Assembly (NCBI GenBank): GCA_003344405.1
Contig: NOWV01000192.1
Location: forward strand, 62,001 to 126,000
Direction: 5' to 3'
From: Trichoplax sp. H2
Lineage: Eukaryota
DNA length: 64,000 nt
Shown here piece by piece: positions 51,801 through 64,000 of the stretch. The notes under the pieces were generated by a model. That model saw only the letters and a program-made list of their open reading frames with translations. It did no database searches and was not told the DNA's origin. How positions within the stretch are numbered: the stretch's first letter is position 1; every line of letters starts with the position of its first letter. A program made the position numbers and the translations under genes.

Positions 51801-54800
51801 TCCTTTGCATACTAATCGCCCAACAGCGTCTTTGATTTCATATTATATTCATAAAGTGGCCTTAATCGAAATCTCCTAGAAGAATTGACGTCGCAGAAAA
51901 TATTTAAAGAATTATCAACTTTAAGATCTTTGTGAGCTATATATATATTGAACATTATTAATGAATAAATTTATTTTAAAGTCGTCAAATCCCCACGCAT
52001 TTAATATCTTAGCCTTAATGCCACCATATGCATATAAAATTAAGTTAATGTTAATTTCTAATCTGGTTATTAATGCTATAGTCTATATTTTATTTAAAAG
52101 GCTGTAACTGCTACAGATACCATAGCACTAAGGGTGTATTTCGGAAGCAGATCAGTTAGAAAATCTGTATTTAAATAGTGTGAAAAAAATACGACATGAG
52201 ATACGATACCATCTGAAATATGCTTTATTGACGATGATACGGGGCTGATTCTATCAATTTAGATATCTGTCATACAATATGATACAAAGGATTGGTAAAG
52301 GCGTTTTTTCAAGTTTACAAAAGTTGATGACACTGTAAGTTTCAAAAGTAACTTCCGGCTAAGATTTTTAATTCTTTAATCCCATGTAGGTCATCTATTC
52401 ATATATTAATTCCTCGAAAAATTTTTGCATTAATAACTGGAAAACTGAAATAGGTGGTTACACCAAAATACGCTCAGTGGCATAGCTTCCAGGACGTTTG
52501 AAGGATTATCAAGTTTGAAATATTTGTAGGCTACTTACAACTAAATTAATAATATCATCACCATTTTAATGCAGATAAAGTCATAAACATGCCATTCACT
52601 GCTTAATTCGATATTCTCTGTGATTTCTGCGCTGTATTAGTTGAATTATTATTAGCAATATTAAGTACTTGCACCTAGCCCTGATAATTCGGTAGTGAAT
52701 TAAAAATTTATTTCATAACAGAATATTAGTATTGCAGAAAATGCTAAAAGAACTTGATTTTATTAAGTGATAGGCGAATAGCAAGATTAAACAGCAGCTT
52801 AACACTAGATAAAATAAATAAGAAGCAAAATTTTTTAAACTATTTTTTCTAAATATAGATATATGTATAGCAATAAAATAGAAAGGATAGCCGATGGAGC
52901 CTTCGCAGACCTAGGTCAGCTTAAATTGCTGTAAGTCTTCGCAAGGTAGCATAATTATGCAGAACTGAACATCATATAGCAATGCAGGCAATAATTGCCT
53001 TCTAGATATAAATTTTTAACAATCAAAATTTCTAGAGGATATTCATTTAATCAAAATGCATTATGTACTGTAAGTGGACTACATGCTAATCATTTTTGTA
53101 CAGTTTACTCGAAAGCAAAAATTACGTCAAGAAGCATCAAGTGAATTAATTTTTAGATTTTGTACACTAGTATTTGATGTCTACCAATTACTGCAGAATC
53201 CACAAAAACTATTAATTTTATTTGCAATTCTAAGACGATTTTTTCCATAGCTAACGATACTGTCAATGTTTCGCAAATGCTGAAAGAACAAAAATGATCA
53301 TAACAACTTGATGCTACAATGGCATTCTTATTGGCAAAGAATATAATAACATAGAGACATTTAAAATAAAAAGCAGATCGCCCAATGCGAGATACTTATA
53401 GCACAAGAAAATGTTATACTTAGCATTATAGAATTATATTCCTACTCCTTAGGTACTTTATAAATAGTATAATAGATGGATTAATTATAAGCAGAGTAAT
53501 GAAAGCTTACAATATGCGGTAGTTGCATAATGAAATTTATCAGAGATGAAATAAATTTTTTGCAGCTACATACAGTATGACATCAGAGATTTAATGAACT
53601 CCTTTCTAAACACGAAATTATCAATATGCTTTGATATGTAAAATTACACTATTATATATTATATTAAGAGTTTAAATGATTCTATATTAAGAACTAACAT
53701 AGTTCGATGATGACAACTTTGCTAAACACTATACCTTCTTCAAAGATATTTTGAATGTAACGAATTTATGCTAATTAGTAATACAATATTTCATAGTTGA
53801 ACATAGTAAACATCAAGGGGCAATATTAACAATATCTATAGTCATTTTAGCAGATGTACTACTTGTTAAATGCCTAATCAAAACGGCTGAAATCAATCAT
53901 TTTAGAGGGATAAGTAAGAATAATAAAGGTAATAGGTTTGCTTTAATTTCTAGATACTTAGATGATAACAAGATAGAAACGATTGGAGAGCAAGCCTTCA
54001 CTGGATTAAATAAGTTACGGTGGCTGTAAGTTATCAAGATTTGGAATGTATAATCTAATGTGCTATGTCAGTGCTCCAACTATTTCATGTTCATAATTAT
54101 TATTTCAGATATCTATATTCAAATTCATTAGCTGTATTGAATTCAAAAATCTTTGGGGGATTATCAGAGCTGGAGATTTTGTAAGCTAAAACAGATACAG
54201 TGCCTTGATGTATACTGATTATTTGTATAATTTTGGAAATTTCCGTTTTATTTTCGTACTAGCGATTGTACGATTATAATTAGTATATTAGCTAAGTATC
54301 ATAATAAAGAAAATAATATAAGCAGAAAATTTTTTTATGCGAGACAATATTCTAAACTTGGTAGCTAAAATACCTAGATTAAACCGTCCTAAAAATACGA
54401 GTACTACACGGCAATCATGATTGCGACGCAAGTTATCGTATTCTTTTCATTGATTTAGACATCTTCACAAAAATAAGATAGAAAAAATTGAAGACGGGGC
54501 ATTTTTAAACCTATCTAACGTATACGAACTGTAAGCAATTGTGAAGTACTTGTGCTTTTAACTTTTATGTACCATATAGTAACAATTTAAAGAATAATCT
54601 ACAATAATTCTAAAAGAAATTAATAGTTCCTGACATTCAAGTGATCTTTTTGATATCAATATTATCCATAATAATCTTCTAATTATTAAAACAGACGGTT
54701 GGACGAAAACTTATTAAGTACCCTAGATTCTCCTAAAATATTCGAAGGACTTACAAATTTAAGAACTTTGTAAGTTATTCTGGCCATTGATGCTCACTGA

Positions 54801-57800
54801 TTTAGAACAACTGATGATATTAGAGCAAATCTATCATTAATATGAAGTATGAATTACGCAATATTTTGTAATATATTTTACGATTCGTATAGGTTCCTAC
54901 TAGTGCTATAATTTTGTAAAGCCTTAATCATATTCATTTATGTTATACAATATATTTACATAATTGGCCCAATTAGAAAATTTGAGTGATAAAATCTGAT
55001 CACGAAAATTCAAAATTTGTAGAAAATTAGAACTTTATTAGATCTAATACAAAGATTAGTGACTCACAGCTCTACTCTAGCCAAATACAACTACTCAAAG
55101 ACTTTTAGAAAGAACAATTAGATAATCTAATATCGCTTGCTTTTATAATCTAAGTAGCCTTCGCAGCTACAATCAAAGTAAAATGAATAACCATTTCCTA
55201 ATAAATGATTCATAGTTCTATTTTTACCTTTAACTTTATAGTAGTTCATCGTTCTACTGTATATTCATCTGTGCTCTAGCATAGAGTCTACTATTACAGT
55301 CTATAATTATAAGCTACAAAATATATCGTAAGATAAATATAATAACTGCACTACCGTACATCATACTAAGCGTGGCTAATAATCTACAATCACATGACTA
55401 AGTTACTTTACAGTCTGCTATGATTTTGGCAGTAGGCATTGTAAGTAGTGGAGTATCGTTGCGTAGCATTATGTAGTACACACCAATTATCCAGATATAC
55501 AAAGTTATAATAATTTTAATATCTCTGTCACGGTAGTAAATCTACCGTGATGAATGATAACTTACTTAATTTAGATATGTATATGTATCACGTTGAGATA
55601 GTTATTAATTTGGATATGTGCATGAATTATTTGATGACTTAATATAGCCGATACAAACCTGTTCCTAATACAGATTAAATTATACTAAATATGGTATATG
55701 AATTGTCAATGGCAAATTCAATATAAATCCTGTTAATTATAAGCTAGGGCAAACATAAAGTTAATCTATAGTAATACTAGTACAAACTCACGTCGCTTTG
55801 CTGACGGTTTACGATAATGTACCCATTTGTTAATAATTAACAGATAGTTTCACCATTCGACATTATATATATCCCGGTAATAGCCAGGCACTACTATATT
55901 CACAGCGATGCTTCCAGAATACTACATTTTAATTATGCATTCACAGATGAGATGCTGTGAGATGCTATACTAAGATTAGTTCATGGTCCAAAGCACATCA
56001 TGATAACTAATGTACGGTGATGGACATACCAACTTAAGATTACCAGGTACTGTGAGATATCGATAGTGCGGTACAATGTTCTTAATACTGTGGTCAATTA
56101 TATACCAATCATTATAATGTGTCTAAGGATCGCTTGCGTATGCAAGCAAAGCTTGCTCTGTCGATAACAACCGTTATAAGAAAATGTAACAATCAAAATG
56201 GCGGTGTAGAAAACTCTATAAAGATTCCATGTTTATTCAATTTTCGTCAGAGAATTACATCAAATCAAAATTGAAAGGCCCAGTGGCCACCCTTAGCGAT
56301 ATAACGAATACTATTTAAAAAATCAGTACTCTGCAGAACTTACTACCTTAGAGCTATTCGTTTTACACATGAAGAAATGTTGAGGTAAAAAGTACTGTAA
56401 GAATCTTATACTGGCTTAGAGCTATTCGTTTTACATGAAGAATTCTTGAGGTAAAAAGTACAGTAAGAATCTTATACTGACCTATTGGAATGAACCCATA
56501 ATCACAGTCACCTAACAATAGTGTAAATACTCCCGCGCTGCTCGTTAAAAAAAAAGGGAAGGTTGTTGGGATTACAAATTCATTGGATTAGACTAGGAAT
56601 AATTTAATGTATTCTCGAAGTCTTATTGGTCGAAATATATCACACATCGCAAACCGGTTTTATGGCTAGAAAAGTTATTTAAATGATTGATTTTGAATAT
56701 TAAATTAGACTTGCATTTTCCAGAAAAAAGATATAGTTAGAAGATTCCGAAAGTGCATTTCTCAGTTATTGTTACTTATCTAGGGTAATCTAATTAGTTT
56801 AGATTTGGCAACTTTGGTTAAGTAACAATCACAGTCAGTTTATAAGAACTATTTAGTTTAATTTGCAATATCTGGAATTTTTCGTACTGATAGCTAAACT
56901 GTTAATGATCTCTTCAGTTAAATAGCAAGAACAGTTAGCAATTAAATAAATTATAATTTGAGCCTGCAACAAAACCTGTTCTACTAATGATAATTAGAGT
57001 GTAGATCACAAAATTAATTTGATAATATCAGATTTCATTACTAATTCTTTATCGATTGAGATGCTAGCTAACAGCACAACAGGCTCTGACAGACAAGAAA
57101 AATCTCCTATAATAGCAGATCTTAGAAAAGAAGGAATAAGACCAATAATAACAGAAAAGCGTTGCTTCTTAAATACGCTATCAAACTCGCTTGCAACATA
57201 ATAATTACGAACACATTACTTAATACTTACAAAGTTTAGAATGAGAATAAAATTGTATGATTAGTATCATATTCTACGAAGCTGAAATCCACATACTTGA
57301 ATTACTACATACATAACTTATATATACCTATTATTCTCAACTGACCTAGATTTTGCCGTTATTTTTTAAGTTATATCTAATTCACCTCTACACGACATGT
57401 TGACAGCAACAGTTCATCTAACAGCTTCACTACAGTACCATTAATTATTTCAATTGCTGAAGTATAAAAATACTTCTTTAATTGCGCATATTTTATTCGT
57501 TTCAACCAGCAATTTATTGGCAGGTAACCTATAGTGTTGGTCTAGTGATTGCTGTATGGTTTATTTATAATATTAATTTCTTGTACTATTTGCCGAAATA
57601 TATCATGATACAGGACTAAAATAAATATTAGTTGCTAACGTTTTGATAGTAGGCATTACTAGTATTGCAGTATCGCTGCATGGTACTGTATCAAGGTCGC
57701 CAATTACCGAGCTGTACACAATATAATTCACGATATCAAAGGCGAATAATAAGATTTATTCAGTCTAATTAGTATTATCAGATAGAAAGGACAGTTAGCA

Positions 57801-60800
57801 ATAAAAATTTTAATTTGCACTATCAATTTTTCCAGCAACTGAAGCACAAAATGGCTTTCCATTGAGCACGATTTAGTGATTTTAAACAGCAATTTATTAG
57901 CAGATAAATCTTTAGTATTTGCCAAACAACTGCTGTATAATCTATTTTAAGGTTAATCACCGTAATAGTTACCGAAACACATCATGATAAAGGATAAAAT
58001 AAATATTACCCTATGATGAACTAATACCAAGATAAAAATAAAGTATTACCATTGCAAATATTTCTTAGTATGAAATATTACAACATAAGTAATCTTAACG
58101 ATATAATTCTTGTATACTCATATATTGAGAAAAGCTTTAGACAGAATTTCTTTTAAAATTGCTACATTACAGATCTCTTGATCCAACCTTTCATTATGCT
58201 ATACATTTAATTTTTCAGATATTTGAATAAAAACAGAATATCACAGATAGCTGATGGAGTTTTCATTCCTATAAAGCAAATAGAATATGTGTAAGTCTGT
58301 AATAGTGAAATTATCCAAGAAGAATTTCTCAATATTTTCGTGACTTAAGATTTATTGTTATTAACGGTTTGATGCGTATAAAAAATTTTAGACACGCCAT
58401 TTATTACAATTTATATGTAATTCCAGTACTAAATCACATTGCAAGCATTTCTACAAAATAATATATTCGTAAAGACATGTAATAGATAACTATGCTAGAC
58501 ATATTATTTGAAATTTTTTTCAAGCTCAACAACGCTATATTATAATGTAAGATTTGCGCATTATTGTTTAAGAGATAAAGTAGATCTGTTAAAGAACTGT
58601 CGCAAAACAGCTTAGCAACAAGATAATGTAATGTACGATAACCAAGTCAATTCCTTGAACCACGTATCAAGGAACGATATCTGCACTATCAGGAATGCTT
58701 TCGCTCTTCTAGCAGACTACGCAAAGACTTAGATGTCTCGTATTTTACGTTAAAAACTAAGTTTCAGAATTAACTTAATGATACGATATATTGTATTTAT
58801 ATACTCTTCCTCAATAGTTCATGAGTCATAGTTAGTACACTTAACTTTAGAATCATTCACTGAATTAGACATTAATTTTAGCTACTGCTCCCTAATGCAG
58901 ACAACAATGTTTACGAACATAGGCATCTGATGACTAATACAGAATAGTCAGATTACGATATGTCCTATCACGAGACATTTCCACGATAATTTACAATCTA
59001 CCATAAGTAAGTTACAATCACAATGATTCGAACTGTAAGTAGATAATACGCATTCCCTAATATAACTATTAATTTCAGTATTTATGTATATGTCACTGTT
59101 ACATAAAGTAAGTGCTATATTAAAACACAGTACATCCAAATTAAAAATTAATTAAATAAGGATATGCTAACAAAATTATCCTAGCATAGATATTTCTATT
59201 CTAATATAGTATATAACACTATCACAAGAACATATTATGACGTCCGTTTTTAATTCATTAATTTAATATGTATAGTTGATTAAGCTAAGTACCTATCTTT
59301 ATTTTAGAGATTATTATATCTGATTGTAGTTGTTGTCACCATTGTAGAGTCAGTTTGTAAGTGTTGATTTCTTACCAGAGACGGAGAAGACCTTGACTAG
59401 CAGCAACGATTATGTAATTATTCGCGTAGGTCAAGGTCTCTTCTATCTTACTATTAGAAACAATTCTAAGACTAATATCTTTGCATGATCAGCTCAGAAA
59501 CTAGTAAGAAAATATACAGTTCTAATACAACTTAGTGAGTAGATATGCTAGATTATAGAAGAGATAATGCGTTATGAAGCCGTCATGAAATAGATATTGT
59601 TTGCATGTCCTGAAAATGTAAATGTCTTAGTAATAGATTCAACGCAAAATTTCCTTTATTTACACAGCCTATCTCGTCATGTAACTATAATATGGCGATG
59701 TGCGTCTTTCAGTTTTTATTGTCCATTAAGTTAAAATCCTTTCATAAGCCACAATTATAATATGATTGTCACCCAATGATAACGTAACTTTCTTTTATAC
59801 TTATATTGTAAAAATTTTCAATCTGCAGAAGACTGTCAAGAAATGAGATTCGCCGTGTACAGGACATTCATCTTAGTGATTTGATAAACTTAGGTCGAAT
59901 GTAAGTTGTAAAACAAACTTATTTAACCACGAATGATACACCCTTGAAGATTGTATATCCGTTTAATCTTATTTTCAAAACTACAGTAAATTTCATACTT
60001 TTCAATTCTTAGATCGATATCGCGAAATAGACTTACCGAAATGCCCTCGGGAGCTTTTAGAAATATGACTAAATTGCGAAAAATGTAAGTCGCCACTTGC
60101 CGCAAATACCCTGGCGATACATTAAACAACACAGTACTCATAGTAAATTTTACTTTAGTCCGCTAGACTACTTCTCTAACCTACGGTATTGTTACTGGAA
60201 TATCTTTAAAATGCACACATTAAAACGGACAAAACAGAATAACGCTCATATCTTACACACTATGTATGTTGATCATTATCTCGCTCATAAACACTATCAG
60301 TCGTAGTAGACAGATTTACTGCGCTATTAGCTTATTTGTAATAACAAATGTTATTACAGTTACTTTATCATACATGGATATTTTCAGGAACAAATAATTT
60401 CATACATAAGCATGTCTCGATTACGAGCTCTATCAATCTCCTACTTTTCAAATGCCCATTTGAGATGTATTACTGTTTTGTTATAATATTGTAAGGATTT
60501 ACGCGCCTATCACTAACAACAATTCCTAAAGTAGCACTTTTTATTTCTAAAAAGTCAGAAACAAAACGTATTCTTAAACTATAAATCCATATCAGAGTCA
60601 TTTTTATATCTGTGATGCAATGCTAATATATCAAGATGATACTCAAACCATTTAACTATTTAAGAAAGACTAAAAATATGACTTTGCATTACTTTAGAAG
60701 GATGTTAATTTACGATACGTATCAATCATCGTCTTGACTAATTCTTCCATTGACTTTTCAAATATGCTACAGTATTCGTAATAACACTATTATATCTTAC

Positions 60801-63800
60801 AAATAACTGTAGAAGAATACTGTGATTCTCAAGAATTAGGACTGAAATATATTAGGACGAGTTTGTTGCCAATTAAGATAGTATTTGTAAAATCACCTAT
60901 AATATATTTGGAGTTTCAGACTAATCTATTTGACAAAAAATATGCAGCACAGATGCTACATTTTTAATTAATAATACTTTGAAATGTGACTAAATACACA
61001 TTAAATTAACTTGTTTACTTTAATCGCCAATCGTTATTATTCTAATTTTATAATATTAAATCGCCTAAATGATACCAATATTAACTTCAATACATTTTCA
61101 TGTAGATGGTTATATGCAAACTCAATTCAAAGGATTAGTAAAGAAGCATGGGATGACTCAAAGAACTTGAAAAATATGTAAGCTGACTGTAATAAATCTG
61201 GGTAGATGTTAGAGGTGCCATGTAAAAGTTAAGCCTTAATCATATCAGTCTTTAGCTATTAATTATAAGTATTATATTTATGAAGTTAGCCGCCCTTGCA
61301 GTTCTTCGCTGAGTTTATAACGAAGCTTTTGAAATAATACAGTAATCTAATCTTTTTCGCTCTTTATGATATAAATTTCTCTTAGTATACCCTAAATCGT
61401 ATCATCGTTCATAATAGAGTAATCTAGACCAAGTAATAATACGAGTATAATGGCTTCCTTCAGTAAAAGCATAAGTTTTAATTTAAAATGTTGTAAATTT
61501 CAAAACTCCTAAAAACAGTCTTAAAAATTATATAAAAGCAAAAGAATTTTGGTATTGCTGCGCTGCAGGGAACGGTAGTGTTTGTACATTAGAGCATTCC
61601 GTTTGCTTAACCTTCTTTAGCCAGTTTCTAGTTTTGACATCTTCAGCATTAATACGTTACTGGCTTGTTGTGCAACGGTGGAACTGAAATTAACAGTTAC
61701 ATATGATTGCTAAGAATAATCTAGTTATTTTCCTTATCACTCTGATCGTAGCTTAGTTGCAGCAGATCATATGATACTAATGAGGACTCATAAGCTATTG
61801 TAGAAGTCTATAAACCGCGATAAATTATGCAATGAAGAGAATTGTTGAAAATCTGTATTTAAAATAGTCTATATGACGTTTAAATCCTGTCTGTTAGCGG
61901 AGGAGTGATATTTCTGATAGAGTAGATATTGGGTCCTGAAATATGGTTCAGGGACGTAAGCTATGGATTGTAAATTGCGTTACTTCGTTGTTAAGTGCTA
62001 TTAAAATATGCAAATAACTTGTTGCATTAATATCGTATCGAACACTTGAAATAATTGATTAAACTCAGGCTATTTTTATATAGAGATTTGTCAAATAATG
62101 CTATTAGAAATATCAACGAATCTGGCCTTTCACAATTTAAATATATGGAAACATTGTTAGTTACCTTTAGCAGATTCATACACAAAATTTTATTATAAAC
62201 TTATAAATTAAAAATATAAAGAGTATAAGAAATGCAAATTGTAACTAGATATTTTTGTAATTACAGAACTCTGGGTATAAATAATTTAATCCGCCTGCAC
62301 GATTTTATCTTTTCTGAGTTATCTGAACTTACATCTTTGTAAGAACATTCCTAACTTTTTCCAATACCTACTAATTTTTTCATATTTTAACTCATCACTC
62401 CAAATTTCTATTTTGTATTTCATCTTTATTTGTTTAATTTACAGAAAGCTACATGGCAACGATTTAACTTTTATCAGTACTAATTCCTTCTATGGGCTGA
62501 AGAACTTGGAAATACTGTAATGCAATACTTAAGTGTTTTAGTACTTATAACGCACCATTAGAAAATTACTTCTACGACATCACTTTAAAGGGCTATTTAC
62601 TAAAGCGCTTTAAATTGATACGATTTCTTACATATTGACTCAGATTCCTATACGATAACAAAATTAAAGTTATCGCTCCAGGTTCCTTTGCTAATCTAAA
62701 CAAGCTAACTCTCATGTAAGTAATGAAAAGAATAATTTTAGGTTAAAATAGAGCAATAAATGATAGGTTTCATAGCCATAAAAGGTGGAGCTCTATATTT
62801 TGCGGAAGGTACGCAGCCAAGGAGTTAATACTCAATTTTCAACAGCAACTATGCTTTTTCGCTTCAACTGTGATTTTATACTATAGGAAAGTTTAATTGT
62901 TAGAATACAAGACAGCTATATTTATACTGAGACTGCAACTTATTATTCTTTTAAAACTCTCTGGTCTTAGAATAATAAATTAAGTAATAAATACAGTCAA
63001 TTCGATCTTGTCTACAATTATATTACAATGCAAAAACTTTAACGGTCTCGTTTTTGTTTGGCAACCAGGCTAATAAGCAGCCTGTCTTGTCAGTTTATTG
63101 TAAATAACATTATGCTATCACCTAATAGTGAACTATCACGGAATAAACTCTTATCTATCAACGATCGTGTCTTTAACGATTTACCTTCATTAGAGACATT
63201 GTGAGTCTTAACGTATAGTATTACAAATTTATTTCTCTAAGCTATTGTCAAAAGCAACAGTAAACTAAATTGCATTAAATTAAATCTTAATTTTTTACAT
63301 TTTAGGCATATTCCAGATAATTACGTACTTAATCTAACTTCAACTACTTTCAAAGGCTCTCACCAGATAGATACAATGTATGAAATATTCTCTTTCTTAT
63401 ATGCTAAAACAACAATATTGCAACAGTTTAATATCAGATAGTTACAATTTTTGCAGTAAACTATCAGGAAATGGAGTTCAACAAATTTCTGGTGATTCTT
63501 TCTCTGATTTGATAAACTTAAAACGATTGTAAGTTATATCATGCTACTGTGCTTGCCAAATAAATCATTAATTATTACTTTATCTTTAGCTATTTTGATT
63601 ATATAATTAATTCATTTTTATTATTAGGGAACTGAGAATTTGCTCTATAACCGAAATCGGAACTGAAATATTTGCTCGCAATACTAAGCTGCAGCACTTG
63701 TTTGTTAACACTTTCCATACTTTAAGAAATCTATACTACTTTGACTTTATTTTCTATTATATCCAGTAATATAGTCCAAAATAATATCTAATGCTATTAA

Positions 63801-63896
63801 AATAACTTAAATTCATCTTTTAAGAGATGTAAGTGGCTGTAAAATTTCGATGGTGACCTCTAGAGCTTTCTCTAATTGTACCGCCCTAAAAATATT
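48837..63896 (+). CDS. LGR-type LRR-GPCR paralog 3, 3'-partial (signal peptide, LRRNT, 23 LRR exons)
   Basis: Signal exon 48837-48900 (MALLSILLWHFAFLSGYLHAS); LRRNT 51096-51210 (QCPQTCTCPSASYIGC); LRR exons starting 51400, 51613, 51857, 52263, 52454, 52859, 53954, 54109, 54459, 54695, 58219, 59829, 60013, 61106, 62084, 62267, 62445, 62644, 63129, 63306, 63457, 63628, 63825. Collinear with paralog 2 (KLHGNDL vs QLHGNDL; DVSGCKI vs DLGGCKI). Its 7TM lies outside the window and is inferred. Confidence 0.87.
49125..49680 (+). repeat. Dispersed repeat family G, copy 1
   Basis: Clear similarity to 54985-55394 (shared AACTTTATTAGATC.AATACAAAGA, AGCTCTACTCTAGCC); no TSD resolved. Confidence 0.7.
49896..50418. 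mobile_element. TG...CA element K
   Basis: TGTTACA...TGTAACA, perfect TSD CTTAT. Confidence 0.78.
54985..55394 (+). repeat. Dispersed repeat family G, copy 2 (internally deleted)
   Basis: Homologous to 49125-49680. Confidence 0.7.
56347..56479. repeat. Tandem duplication, 2 x ~67 bp
   Basis: CTTAGAGCTATTCGTTTTAC...GTAAGAATCTTATACTG repeated at 56347 and 56415. Confidence 0.92.
57506..58008. repeat. Diverged ~125-bp direct repeat pair
   Basis: CAGCAATTTATT.GCAG...CATGATA.AGGA..AAAATAAATATTA at about 57506-57630 and 57887-58008. Confidence 0.6.
58598..59226 (-). mobile_element. TG...CA element family A, copy 3
   Basis: TGTCGCA...TATCACA, perfect TSD AGAAC; inverted homolog of 7579-8208. Confidence 0.9.
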
Positions 63897-64000
63897 GTAA
63901 GATTTTCATTTATATTTTCATAGCTATATCATTTATGAAGGAACGCAAATGTCTTACAAACCAGAGATTTAAATAATTTCTTGGGATATGATATTGTACA

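Noticed and set aside
60375-60470. Possible pseudo-exon reading DIFRNK...
   Set aside because: Needs both a mutated acceptor and a frameshift, and gene 2 has no exon at the equivalent position.

Overview
AT-rich, intron-dense eukaryotic (animal) DNA; the short introns and gene family suggest a placozoan such as Trichoplax, but that is inference. The window holds a head-to-tail + strand array of three paralogous leucine-rich-repeat GPCR (LGR) genes, which the ORF track sees only as two 7TM exons. Gene 1 is the 3' part (16 LRR exons plus the 7TM exon, ending 9909). Gene 2 is complete (13145-43177): signal peptide, LRRNT cap, 60 single-LRR phase-2 exons, a type-C (RXFP/GRL101-like) hinge, 7TM and a long tail, about 2116 aa by my manual splicing, with no LDLa module. 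Gene 3 is the 5' part (signal peptide, LRRNT, 23 LRR exons, running off the end). Paralogs differ in copy number of an alternating two-exon LRR unit and in a Cys-flanked loop. Introns and spacers carry at least 18 non-coding TG...CA elements with 5-bp target-site duplications (solo-LTR- or MITE-like), several nested up to three deep and many with terminal hairpins. Exon models were read by eye without transcript data.
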